A stretch of DNA of 64,000 bases from Salinivirgaceae bacterium (GTDB taxonomy: Bacteria; Bacteroidota; Bacteroidia; Bacteroidales; SZUA-534). Where the stretch lies: contig JAKSOL010000001.1 in the NCBI GenBank assembly GCA_024405635.1, positions 160,001 through 224,000 on the forward strand. The letters are read 5' to 3'. Shown here one piece after another: positions 35,468 through 45,229 of this stretch. The notes beneath the pieces are model-generated. The model was not told the DNA's origin. It made no database searches and saw only the letters and a program-made list of their open reading frames with translations. Every line of letters starts with the position of its first letter. The stretch's first letter is position 1. The position numbers were made by a program, and so were the translations under genes.

Positions 35468-36928
35468 ATGACTAATCTTGGCAACCAAGTAGCAAGAGCA
35501 ACCAAATGGTCGGTTCTATCAGAACTGATGGCCAAACTAATTACACCAATATCTATGATGGTATTGGCTCGGGTGCTCACACCTGAAGCCTATGGCGCCA
35601 TTGCTACTACAGCAATAGTCATATCATTTGCCGAATTGTTTACCGATAGCGGATTCCCCAAATATCTTATCCAACATAATTTTCAAAGCGATGAAGAAAA
35701 GAGCGAATCTGCTAATGTTGCATTTTGGACTAATTTCTCATTGAGTCTGTTCATTTGGGGAATCATAATCATTTTCCGACATCAAATTGCAATAATTGTA
35801 GGCAGTCCTGAACTTGGCAATGCCATTGCAGTAGCTTGTATTGCAATACCAATAACGACATTTTCTAGTATTCAGATAGCATTATTCAAACGCGACCTCA
35901 ATTTTCAGCCCCTTTTCCACGCGCGAATTGTTGGCATTGTCACACCTTTTCTGTTCACAATACCATTGGCTATGTGGCTGAAGAACTATTGGGCGTTAAT
36001 AGTAGGAACAATTTTTTATCAAGTAGTTACTGCAATTATTCTTGCTATAAACTCGAAATGGCATCCGCGGCGCTATTATAGTTTCGGTAAATTGAAAGAA
36101 ATGTTGGCGTTTTGCTTTTGGATAATTACAAACGATGTGCTAACCTATTTTACTGGATACATTGACCTCTTTCTGATAAGCCAAAAATTTGATCAACATA
36201 AATTAGGCATCTACCGAACCGCAGTATCAACATCAACGCAAATAATAGCATTAGTCTCTGCTATTGTGCTACCAGTACTACTTCCTGTCTACTCCAAAAT
36301 ACAGAGCGACCATAACAAATTGCGAGAAACAATGCTGAAAATACAGAAATACTTGGGGATAATTATTCTGCCTTTGGGCTTTGGCGTTTTCTTGTACAGC
36401 GATTTGGTTACTAACTTATTACTTGGACCACAGTGGGCTGAAGCTGCTCCAATTATTGGTCTTTGGGGAATTTTGCACAGTTTTTCTTTGCTGATAAACC
36501 GCAATTGCTCAAATACTTACATTGCAATAGGGCGGCCTAAAATTTCAGTTTTATTACAAACATTATATGCGGCAGCACTAATCCCAACCATTATTATCTC
36601 ATCTAACATTAGTTTTGAAGCAGTTTACTACACCCGGGCTTTTGCAAAAGGGTGGATGATAGTACTTAACCTAATCACGATTTACATAACAATCAGACAA
36701 TCAACTATAAAAGTCATTACCAACATTTTACCAGAATTGTGGGGTTGCATTGTAATGAGTGGTGCAGCATTGTTGCTTTCGTTTTTGGGGAATAACACGC
36801 AATGGCAACTTGTATCAATATTGATATGTGGCATTGTTTACTTTGCTACAATTTGTATTTTTAAAGAAGATAGGCAAGCGTTGTCAAATATTATCCGTTA
36901 TGCAAAACAGCAAATACAAGTTAAATGA
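35468..36928 (+). CDS. Wzx-type oligosaccharide flippase (WzxC-like)
   Basis: LARVLTPE.YG, F.DSGF...LIQ, LGIY, LLG.QW; about 12 TM helices. Confidence 0.88.
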   Translation: MTNLGNQVARATKWSVLSELMAKLITPISMMVLARVLTPEAYGAIATTAIVISFAELFTDSGFPKYLIQHNFQSDEEKSESANVAFWTNFSLSLFIWGIIIIFRHQIAIIVGSPELGNAIAVACIAIPITTFSSIQIALFKRDLNFQPLFHARIVGIVTPFLFTIPLAMWLKNYWALIVGTIFYQVVTAIILAINSKWHPRRYYSFGKLKEMLAFCFWIITNDVLTYFTGYIDLFLISQKFDQHKLGIYRTAVSTSTQIIALVSAIVLPVLLPVYSKIQSDHNKLRETMLKIQKYLGIIILPLGFGVFLYSDLVTNLLLGPQWAEAAPIIGLWGILHSFSLLINRNCSNTYIAIGRPKISVLLQTLYAAALIPTIIISSNISFEAVYYTRAFAKGWMIVLNLITIYITIRQSTIKVITNILPELWGCIVMSGAALLLSFLGNNTQWQLVSILICGIVYFATICIFKEDRQALSNIIRYAKQQIQVK

Positions 36929-37983
36929 AAATAGCTATACATCATAGAGAAGGTTCGTTTAGTTCGCACTGGATTGATTACTGCCAAAGAAATGGTATCG
37001 ATTTCAAACTTGTCAATGCATACGATAACGATATTGTTAGTCAACTTGCTGACTGCAATATCTTTATGTGGCATCATCATCAATCAATATACAAAGATCA
37101 ATTATTGGCCAATCATCTCCTTCTTTCAATGCAAGGAATGGGACTGATAACATACCCTAATTTAAACACTTCATGGCATTTTGATGACAAGTTGGCTCAG
37201 CATTATCTGTTAAATTCAATTGGGGCACCAATTGTACCTACATACATATTCTTTAACAAACAAGATGCTATTGAGTGGGCTGAACAAACAACCTTTCCAA
37301 AGGTTTTTAAGTTAAAAAATGGGTCATCCTCAGCAAACGTGATGCTTGTAAAGAACTCAAAGCAGGCGCAAAGGTTGATATCAAAAGCCTTTAATAAAGG
37401 AATTCCTACATTTCGATATAAGGATAGAATAAAAGAACGTTATCGCCTATACAAAATAGGAAAAGTATCTCTCCGAAATTTACTAGGACTAGTACGAAGA
37501 GCCTTATTCCGCGTTTGTCCGGGAGAATATTTCAAATTTCACGACAAAGAATGTGGTTATGTTTATTTTCAAGACTTCATGTCATCAAAGAACTTTGACA
37601 TAAGGGTGTTGGTGATTGGCAATAAGGCAATAGCAAAGAAAAGAATAAACCGCCCTAACGATTTTCGGGCATCAGGAGGAAACAACCTGATTTTTGATAA
37701 AGAACAAATTGACGAAAAATTTGTTCAAGCAGCATTCTTGGCCAATAAATCGCTAAAAATGCAAAGTGTAGCTTTCGATTTCTTGTATGGCGAGCACGAC
37801 GAACCGCTAATTTCAGAGATAAGCTATTGCTGTGGTTACGAGTCAAACAAAGACGCACCAGGCTACTGGACTTCAGATATGCAATGGCACAAATGTTCAA
37901 ATATCAACATTTGCGATTGGATAATAGAGGAGGTTATTGCAGAGTACAAGGCAAAAGAGTCGGCAAAAGTTATTGCAGATTAG
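36925..37983 (+). CDS. RimK-like ATP-grasp ligase of polysaccharide loci
   Basis: HFDDK.AQ.Y, FPKVFKL..G.SS.NV, YFQDF...FDIRV, DFRASG, AFDF, ISEISY; 4-nt overlap with wzx. Confidence 0.8.
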   Translation: MKIAIHHREGSFSSHWIDYCQRNGIDFKLVNAYDNDIVSQLADCNIFMWHHHQSIYKDQLLANHLLLSMQGMGLITYPNLNTSWHFDDKLAQHYLLNSIGAPIVPTYIFFNKQDAIEWAEQTTFPKVFKLKNGSSSANVMLVKNSKQAQRLISKAFNKGIPTFRYKDRIKERYRLYKIGKVSLRNLLGLVRRALFRVCPGEYFKFHDKECGYVYFQDFMSSKNFDIRVLVIGNKAIAKKRINRPNDFRASGGNNLIFDKEQIDEKFVQAAFLANKSLKMQSVAFDFLYGEHDEPLISEISYCCGYESNKDAPGYWTSDMQWHKCSNINICDWIIEEVIAEYKAKESAKVIAD

Positions 37984-38184
37984 GCAGAATATAGTGTTGC
38001 TAAGGTTGCCTTTTTCTTTAAAAATGTTGCTAACGATTGCTTAATGAAAGTTACATTTGTCAAATAATTGAGCACACCACAGATAACTAAAAATGAACAA
38101 CTTAAGAATTTGTTTCTGTTTTGATGTTCAACTTAAGAGTCAAATGGCTTCTGTTTTTTTTGATTATAAGTAAAGTGAAGTAGA

Positions 38185-39195
38185 ATGAAGTTTCTAGTTA
38201 CAGGAATAGCAGGTTTTATAGGCTACCATGTCGCACGGCGATTGGTGGAGCAAGGCCATGCTGTAACTGGAATCGACAACCTTTCTGCACCGTCAGATTT
38301 AAAGTTAATGCGTTTGTCGGAATTGGGATTTGCTCAAAATCAGTTTGGTTATGGGCTGATGCATCAAAGTGCAAAGTTTGGCAACTTGAAATTTGTAGCA
38401 CTAAATATCCAAGACAGAGTTCAAATACATAATTTGTTTGCTGCAGAGCAGTTTGACAAGGTTATAAACCTAGCTGCCAAGACAGGTGTCAGAAGTTCAT
38501 TAGATTCTCATTCAGAATACATTGCGAGCAATATTGATGGGTTTTCGTGCATATTGGAAAACTGTGTAACGCATCACATTAGCCACTTTATATATGCATC
38601 GTCGAGTAGCGTTTATGGAAATAACGAAAAGGTGCCTTTTTCGGAGGACGATGCGCTGGCCAATCCTGCAAGTGTGTATGCAGTAACAAAAATTGCAAAC
38701 GAGTTACTTGCAAAAACATACTCCAACACTTATGGCTTAAAATCAACAGGGTTAAGGTTTTTTACCGTTTATGGTCCGTGGGGACGTACCGATATGGCGC
38801 CAATGCTTTTTGCTAAAGCCATTGCCGATGGCAAACCTATCAATGTTTTTAACAATGGTAATTTGTTGCGAGACTTTACTTATATCGACGACATAGTGAA
38901 TGGAGTTTGTCTTGTAGCTAATATGCAACCGCAAGACATTTCGTCACCAAATGTTTACAATATAGGTTGTTCTACTCCAGTTAAGTTGCTCAACTTTATT
39001 TCGGAATTGGAGTTGGCTATGGGACAAAAGGCTGAAATGAACATGATGCCTATGCAAGTTGGTGATGTATATCAAACTTATGCTGACACAACTGCTTTTG
39101 AACGCGATTTTGGCTATCGTCCGAAAACATCGTTAAAAGACGGTATTGCCATATTTGTAAAGTGGTTTCTTGAGTATAACAACAAGTTAGTATAG
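38185..39195 (+). CDS. NAD-dependent epimerase, UDP-glucuronate 4-epimerase-like
   Basis: VTG.AGFIG, YASSSSVYG, Y..TK.ANE, LRFFTVYGPWGR.DMA, RDFTYIDDIV; TACATTTG -7 box at 38052-38059. Confidence 0.88.
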   Translation: MKFLVTGIAGFIGYHVARRLVEQGHAVTGIDNLSAPSDLKLMRLSELGFAQNQFGYGLMHQSAKFGNLKFVALNIQDRVQIHNLFAAEQFDKVINLAAKTGVRSSLDSHSEYIASNIDGFSCILENCVTHHISHFIYASSSSVYGNNEKVPFSEDDALANPASVYAVTKIANELLAKTYSNTYGLKSTGLRFFTVYGPWGRTDMAPMLFAKAIADGKPINVFNNGNLLRDFTYIDDIVNGVCLVANMQPQDISSPNVYNIGCSTPVKLLNFISELELAMGQKAEMNMMPMQVGDVYQTYADTTAFERDFGYRPKTSLKDGIAIFVKWFLEYNNKLV

Positions 39196-39201
39196 TGTGC
39201 A

Positions 39202-40272
39202 ATGGAAGCAATTGGTGGAGCTAAACGCAAAGTCATTTTTTTCATGCCCAATAGCATGGGGGGGGCCGAGCGTGTTTCCATTACCATTGCCAAAAGTCTT
39301 GACTTGGACAAGTATGACGTACAATTTGTAGTGGTAGGTCGAAACCTTGATAAAATAGTAAACTTTATTCCTAACAAATTTAGCGTCAGACTGTTGAAGA
39401 TTCGTAATATATACGATTTTGCAATTAGTCGTTTAGTAGGATTGTTACGCAACGACAGGCCAGCCGTTGTTTTCTGTTCGTTAAATTATCTAAATGTTAG
39501 GATTATTTCGGCCGCTAGAATTGTAGGCGGAATAAAAATTGTGGTTCGTTGTAGCTCATCAATGAGCAGAAACAAATACTTGCGCTTGTTGGCAAGGTTG
39601 ACATACCGAAAGGCTGATATTGTTGTGGCACAAACCAACGAAATGCGCATTGAGATAATAAAAGATCTAAAAACTGAGCCCAATCGTGTTCAAGTGCTAC
39701 ATAATCCTATCGACAAGGAAAATATTGCCCAATTGTTGGCAAATGCGCAAAATCCTTATTCAAGCAGCAATGTTAACATAGTATCTGTAGCTCGATTTGT
39801 TGGCGTTAAGGGCATCGATACTCTAATAAATGCTTTTTCACAATTTTCGGCAGTAATTGATAATGCCAAACTATATGTTGTTGGCAATTATAATACTGAT
39901 TCAAAAGAATATATTTCAATCTTAACCCAGATAAACAAGTTGGGATTACAACAAAAGGTTCAGTTTGTGGGGCTAACAACAAATCCGTATCAGTGGATAA
40001 AATATGCCGATTGTTTTGTGTTGGCCTCGCGGCAAGAAGGGTTGCCAAACGCATTGCTTGAGGCAATATACCTTAAAACGCCAGTAGTTTGTACTTTGAG
40101 TGTTCCTATAATAAGGCAAATTGTTGAAAATGGAGTCAATGGGTACATTGTCCCAATTGACGATGTTGACGCAATGACACAAGCCATGACACAAGCCATT
40201 AAACTTGAGTCAAAAGGTTTAACTTTGTACCAATCGGCAACAACCGAACAGTTTTCGAATTTGTTTATTTGA
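39202..40272 (+). CDS. GT4 glycosyltransferase
   Basis: MGGAERV, ARF..VKG, SRQEGLPNALLEA. Confidence 0.9.
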   Translation: MEAIGGAKRKVIFFMPNSMGGAERVSITIAKSLDLDKYDVQFVVVGRNLDKIVNFIPNKFSVRLLKIRNIYDFAISRLVGLLRNDRPAVVFCSLNYLNVRIISAARIVGGIKIVVRCSSSMSRNKYLRLLARLTYRKADIVVAQTNEMRIEIIKDLKTEPNRVQVLHNPIDKENIAQLLANAQNPYSSSNVNIVSVARFVGVKGIDTLINAFSQFSAVIDNAKLYVVGNYNTDSKEYISILTQINKLGLQQKVQFVGLTTNPYQWIKYADCFVLASRQEGLPNALLEAIYLKTPVVCTLSVPIIRQIVENGVNGYIVPIDDVDAMTQAMTQAIKLESKGLTLYQSATTEQFSNLFI

Positions 40273-40275
40273 CAC

Positions 40276-41382
40276 GTGAATACGGTTTATTTCTACGGTT
40301 CATTTCCATGTAAAAAGTCATCGTTTTGTGGGGGCGGGGAGATTGGCAATTTGCGAACAGTGCAAATGTTGAGGCAATTTGGCTATAAAGTTCGAATTGT
40401 AAAGAAATACCGTTGCGGAGGAAATACAAACTCACACATTATTCGCCTGCTTACATATCCTTTTCGCTTTGCATTGAGTTTACTTCAGTTTGCATGTTTG
40501 CTCATTGTTGGCAATCACAAGGCTATGATTCACATATCAGGTTTTTATGGCAATGTGGTTTATGCTGAATATCTGTTTGTCTTGTTGTCTAAATTGTTGG
40601 GTTATAAAGTCTTATACGAGATGCGCGGAGGTGGAGCAGAGCAATTCTACACAAACGGCAATTCGTTTTATCGCCATTGTTTTAGTTTTATAGTACGTAA
40701 ATCGAGCATTATATTCTCACAAGGCATTGAAAACGAGAAGTTTTTGCGCACTATAACCAATACTCCTATATTTTACTATCCCAACTATTTGAAAACTGAT
40801 TTTTTGCCAAATAGCGTACCTGTTAAACCTGATAGTCCGTTGCATATCATATACTTAGGTCGTTTATCGCCTGAAAAGAACATTCAGTTGATAGTTGATG
40901 CAACTGCAATTCTTCAAAAGCATTTACAAGTAGATTTGACAATAGTTGGGCAAGGTGAAAAGAGATATGTTGATTCTATATGTGAGTTAATGCACAAACG
41001 GTTGAGTATCAATTCATTTACAATAATAAACGGTTCGCCGCATGATGAAGTTGGGCAATTTTTAGCCGATAAGCATTTCATCATTTTCCCATCGAAACTT
41101 GAACGCGAAGGTCAATCAAACACAATAACCGAGGCTATGGGATTTGGTATTGTTCCAATATCTAGTCCGCAAGGTTTTTCAAAAACGCTTATAGGCAACA
41201 GCAACCTTATAGTTGAAGATTTATCAGCAGAGAGTTATGCAAATAAGTTACTTGAGGTGGTTAAGTCGGGCAAGTACGAATTGCTGAGCAAGCAAATGCA
41301 CGAAAGAGTAGTAACCAACTATTCGGAAGATGTTATTAAACCAGAGGTAAAAGAACAATACGATAGACTCTTTAATTGGTGA
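40276..41382 (+). CDS. GT4 glycosyltransferase
   Basis: GTG start; GRLSPEKN, FPS..REGQSNTITEAM. Confidence 0.85.
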   Translation: MNTVYFYGSFPCKKSSFCGGGEIGNLRTVQMLRQFGYKVRIVKKYRCGGNTNSHIIRLLTYPFRFALSLLQFACLLIVGNHKAMIHISGFYGNVVYAEYLFVLLSKLLGYKVLYEMRGGGAEQFYTNGNSFYRHCFSFIVRKSSIIFSQGIENEKFLRTITNTPIFYYPNYLKTDFLPNSVPVKPDSPLHIIYLGRLSPEKNIQLIVDATAILQKHLQVDLTIVGQGEKRYVDSICELMHKRLSINSFTIINGSPHDEVGQFLADKHFIIFPSKLEREGQSNTITEAMGFGIVPISSPQGFSKTLIGNSNLIVEDLSAESYANKLLEVVKSGKYELLSKQMHERVVTNYSEDVIKPEVKEQYDRLFNW

Positions 41383-41433
41383 GCAAGAACCCGTCTTGTT
41401 CCTTTCTTTTGAGAGACACCGAACTTATAAAGC

Positions 41434-41469
41434 AAAAAAAAGAGATGCATTGTTTTGCATCTCTTTTTT
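41434..41469. terminator. Bidirectional intrinsic terminator
   Basis: AAAAAAAGAGATGCA-ttgttt-TGCATCTCTTTTTT. Confidence 0.85.
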
Positions 41470-41497
41470 AGTATAGTATTAATCTTTAATAGTAAAC

Positions 41498-42247
41498 CTA
41501 ACGGCCAAGCAAACTTAGTACGCCATTGATAAAAGCCAAAGGATGCACAGGGTTGCCTGGAATATAAAGGTCCACTTTGTGGTTTGCAAGAAACGAGCGG
41601 TCGAGAGCTGGGCTATCGGCAAAAATACCACCACTAATGGCATCAACGCCAGCTAAAATCAATAGTTTTGGATCGGGTGTTGCATCAAAACATATTTCAA
41701 GAGCTTCGGCCATGTTTTTACTTATTGGGCCCGTAACAACAATGCCATCGGCATGGCGAGGTGAGGCAACAAAATCGATACCAAAACGTCCCATGTCAAA
41801 GTTTACGTTGCTAGTTGCGTTAAGTTCCCACTCGCAGCTGTTGTCGCCAGCGGCTGATACCTCGCGCAATTTTAGCGAGCGACCATAAATGCGGCGAATC
41901 TCGGCACGTACTTTATCGGCATCAACCAAAATTGGGCTGTCGTTGCCTTCGGTTACAATAAGGTTCTCGCGAATGTTTGAGCCCATTTTGTAATCTTTAG
42001 TGAATTTGATTTTTTCGGGGCAAGCAAAAGCGCACTCGCCGCAAAATGTGCAACGGCCAAGGTCGATGCGCAAAGGCGAACCGCTGATGGCGCCGGTTGG
42101 ACACAAATCGATAAGCGATTTTTCGTCGCAAGGAGCATTAGATATGACAGGGCGTCCACGAAAAACGCCAGGAACATCGGTTGTTTTAACATCTGGAATA
42201 AATTGTTTTCCCTGATGTATTAATATCTTCATATTATCGAATATCAT
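41498..42247 (-). CDS. Ehr complex small subunit: ferredoxin domain fused to NuoB/HycG-like domain (degenerate Fe-S ligands)
   Basis: CTFCGECAFACP; RFGIDFVASPRHADG.VVTGP; but GDNSC, GVDAISGG and IPGNPVHP in place of the Cys motifs. Confidence 0.85.
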   Translation of the reverse strand: MIFDNMKILIHQGKQFIPDVKTTDVPGVFRGRPVISNAPCDEKSLIDLCPTGAISGSPLRIDLGRCTFCGECAFACPEKIKFTKDYKMGSNIRENLIVTEGNDSPILVDADKVRAEIRRIYGRSLKLREVSAAGDNSCEWELNATSNVNFDMGRFGIDFVASPRHADGIVVTGPISKNMAEALEICFDATPDPKLLILAGVDAISGGIFADSPALDRSFLANHKVDLYIPGNPVHPLAFINGVLSLLGR

Positions 42248-42284
42248 AACTGGTAGATATTTAGTTGTTTATTCGTCAGTTATA

Positions 42285-43784
42285 TTAAAGGTCGTGACCG
42301 CTATATGATAGGTCGAAACTTTTGTTGCAGATTGGGAAATCGGAAATCTCGTTATTGCGAACAGCTAATGCCAATCCAAGCCAGTTGTGGAACGATGGGT
42401 CTTTAACCTTGTAGTGGGTCAAATCGCCGTCGGGGCCGGTAATTGCGCAATGGCAAATTTCGCCACGCCAACCTTCAACCAACGAAACCACAAACGAGTT
42501 TGGTTCTGCCTTGTCAAGTGTTGTGGCTGGTTTGTGGTCGTATGGCATTGTGCTTAAGATGTCGTTCATCATGTCAATTGAGCGAAGAATTTCGTCGTAA
42601 CGGATGCGAGCGCGGCAATAAACGTCGCCAACAGGTTCTAACACAGGTTTGTAGTCAATGTTAGCATAGTGGCCAAATGGGTGAGATGCTCTAATATCGC
42701 GAACTATGTTGCTTGCGCGAGCAGCCATTCCAACCATACCTATTTGGTGTGCCACAGCAGGCGACACAATGCCAGTGCGTTCAATACGCGACAATACCGA
42801 AGGCAAATCAAATGTTTGCTCGGCCATTTCAACAAAGTGAGGTTTGTAGGCTGATATCATCTCTTTCCATTGTGCTGCAAGGTCGTTGGTGAAAGGGAAG
42901 TTGGTTTTGCCAGGGCGAATAAGACCCTTTGCAAAACGGTTGCCTGCCCAACGTTGGAAATAGTTGATGACTGGTGTGCGCAAGCGTCCAAATACCGAGT
43001 TACCAAGTTGATATGCAATGTCGGTGCAGATGCCGCTCAAATCGCCAGTATGTATTGCAATGCGTTCATTTTCAATAGCAAACGCACGTTCCATTTGCAA
43101 TTGTTTATCGGCAGTGAAACCGCAAAGGCTTTCCCAAGCGTTGGCAAAAGCTACCGAATGACCAACAGTTGTATCGCCTGTAATGTTTTCGGCCAATGTT
43201 GCTCGTTGTAGCAGTTTTTTCTTCTCAATCATCAAGGTCTCAAGTCCGCGGTGCTGATAGCCAAGTTGAATTTCAAGATGCAGAATTTGCTCGCCATTGC
43301 AAATAAAGCGGAAGTGTCCGGGCTCAATTATTCCGGCGTGTATTGGACCTACACCAACTTCGTGAAGTTCTTCGCTATCGATTTGGTAAAATGGGTAATT
43401 AACCATTGTTTGCGACTTGTCGGCAGCATTGTATGGGTAGCGAACAGGTTTTAGCCAAGGGTGCCCATCGAAGTTGATTCCAAAATTCTCGTGAATCTCG
43501 CGCTCAAACAAATGGAACGACATGTATTTAGCCGTTATTGACTGTAGAGTGTCGGTTTTGCTCACAACCGATGAAAGTACATTGATGCTTGCTGAAGCAT
43601 CGTCGGCTATGCAACACAAAAGTTGAACATTGTTTTCTGCAGGAATGCCAAAATAGCTAACGCAATGGGCTTCTGGCTTTTCCATTAGCTGGTTGGTAAC
43701 TACATTGAAGAAGTCGGCGTAAGCCAAAACTGGAATTTCGGCAAACTTAATGCGCTGATTGTTTTTTATGCTAATAAAGTCCAT
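42285..43784 (-). CDS. Ehr complex large subunit (HycE/NuoC+D-like, no NiFe ligands)
   Basis: FEREIHE.FG..F.GHP, VGPIHAGIIEPGHFRF, LGYQHRG.E, VEGWRGE, KDPSF.NW; ENITGD and SFDLSYSGHDL replace the CxxC motifs. Confidence 0.88.
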   Translation of the reverse strand: MDFISIKNNQRIKFAEIPVLAYADFFNVVTNQLMEKPEAHCVSYFGIPAENNVQLLCCIADDASASINVLSSVVSKTDTLQSITAKYMSFHLFEREIHENFGINFDGHPWLKPVRYPYNAADKSQTMVNYPFYQIDSEELHEVGVGPIHAGIIEPGHFRFICNGEQILHLEIQLGYQHRGLETLMIEKKKLLQRATLAENITGDTTVGHSVAFANAWESLCGFTADKQLQMERAFAIENERIAIHTGDLSGICTDIAYQLGNSVFGRLRTPVINYFQRWAGNRFAKGLIRPGKTNFPFTNDLAAQWKEMISAYKPHFVEMAEQTFDLPSVLSRIERTGIVSPAVAHQIGMVGMAARASNIVRDIRASHPFGHYANIDYKPVLEPVGDVYCRARIRYDEILRSIDMMNDILSTMPYDHKPATTLDKAEPNSFVVSLVEGWRGEICHCAITGPDGDLTHYKVKDPSFHNWLGLALAVRNNEISDFPICNKSFDLSYSGHDL

Positions 43785-43788
43785 TGCA

Positions 43789-45216
43789 TTAAAGAGTTAA
43801 TAGTTGAACGGCTTCATTTATCAAGTTCACAAAGAAATCGGGTGGGCAAATGCCAAGGTAAACAGTTAGTAGCAAAAGAATGTATTGCGAAACTGTTTCA
43901 ACACAACTTGGTTTTGTAATGTTGCTTGCGTCAAAGCCATCAACAGGTGTAAAGAGCATTTTGAAGATGTTTTTGCCAAGCGCCCAAATGATAAATGTGA
44001 GCATTATTAGTACTGGTACCAAAACATAAATGTAGTTGGCAGCAAATAGCGATTTAAACACAAGAAACTCGCTGACAAACAAGCCTGAAGGTGGCATGGC
44101 TGTTACACACACAAAGGCGAGCAAAAGAAATACAGCGCCGGGTGTGTTGTATGTGAAATAGTTGCCTATTTGATATATGTCTTTGGTTTTGAAAACCATA
44201 TACAAATGTCCAATTTGCATGAATAGCGATGACTTAGCAAAAGTGTGAAGCACTAAATGAAGAATGGCTGCATAGTAGCCAATTCCACCAGCTGCAAGAC
44301 CAAGTGCCACAACGCCCATGTGCTCAATACTTGAGTAGGCCAACATGCGTTTCACATTCTTAACCTTAAGCAGATAAACGGTTGCTACAAAAATTGATAG
44401 CACTGCCGAAATTATCATTACGTGACTTGCCCACGATTGAACTTGTGTATGAGTAAGAATTTGGTAGAAACGGAATACTCCAACAAATCCCACGTTCATA
44501 AGAACGCTTGAGAATAGTCCAGCTGCTGGAGTTGGTGCCTTGTCTTTGGCATCGATACCTGCTGTGTACATTGGAACTAGACCAAACTTGGCTGTGTAGC
44601 CCGAAAAGATGAACACAAAGGCAAGTTTGAGCCAAAAGGTGTCAAGCTTTGGTGCAATTTGTGTCAACGAATCATAGGTAAGGTTTGTTTCTGCAACACT
44701 GCCTAGTGCAATACTGAGGAACAAAATGCCGATGAACACAAACACAAGGCTTATTGAGCAAACAAAAATGTATTTCCATGTAGCCTCAATTGAACCAGCG
44801 CTACGTCGGTGATAAACCAATGCAGAAGCACTTAAGGTTGTTATCTCAACAAAAATCCAAGTAACTGCAATGTGCGACGATAGGTAAGCCATCGATAGCG
44901 CCATTACCAACAACACCATTGCGCCATAGTATATGCCGCGTGTACGAGGGGTTTCGGTTTCGGCATAAATGTAATCGTAGCGGTGGAATAGGGCAGGAAT
45001 GCTTACAATGGTTAAAACTAACAAAAGCAACAAACCCAGTGAGTCCATTTTGAAATACAACAAGTTTTCGCCTTTTGCCATAAACGACATGTAGGTAAAA
45101 GCGCACTGCAATACCACAAACAAGGCAACCATTGCATTGTTTAGAGACTTGTTTTTGTTGGCAAACAAAAGTAACGCCAACACAAGCGAAATAACGAAAT
45201 ATGCTATTACTGTCAT
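43789..45216 (-). CDS. HyfF-like antiporter-type membrane subunit
   Basis: WIFVE.TTL.SA.LV, EATWKY, K.GLVP, KRMLAYSS.EHMG, PPSG.FVSEF. Confidence 0.88.
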   Translation of the reverse strand: MTVIAYFVISLVLALLLFANKNKSLNNAMVALFVVLQCAFTYMSFMAKGENLLYFKMDSLGLLLLLVLTIVSIPALFHRYDYIYAETETPRTRGIYYGAMVLLVMALSMAYLSSHIAVTWIFVEITTLSASALVYHRRSAGSIEATWKYIFVCSISLVFVFIGILFLSIALGSVAETNLTYDSLTQIAPKLDTFWLKLAFVFIFSGYTAKFGLVPMYTAGIDAKDKAPTPAAGLFSSVLMNVGFVGVFRFYQILTHTQVQSWASHVMIISAVLSIFVATVYLLKVKNVKRMLAYSSIEHMGVVALGLAAGGIGYYAAILHLVLHTFAKSSLFMQIGHLYMVFKTKDIYQIGNYFTYNTPGAVFLLLAFVCVTAMPPSGLFVSEFLVFKSLFAANYIYVLVPVLIMLTFIIWALGKNIFKMLFTPVDGFDASNITKPSCVETVSQYILLLLTVYLGICPPDFFVNLINEAVQLLTL

Positions 45217-45229
45217 AACTTCAATACGT

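Noticed and set aside
29734-38140. Recurrent AACTTAAGA(G) at ~29734, ~38099 and ~38130 as recombination sites or invertible-promoter repeats
   Set aside because: Only 9-10 bp, AT-rich, and no recombinase nearby; compatible with chance.
40174-40197. Perfect 12-bp tandem duplication (MTQAMTQA) in a GT4
   Set aside because: Two in-frame copies only, with no evidence of functional variation.
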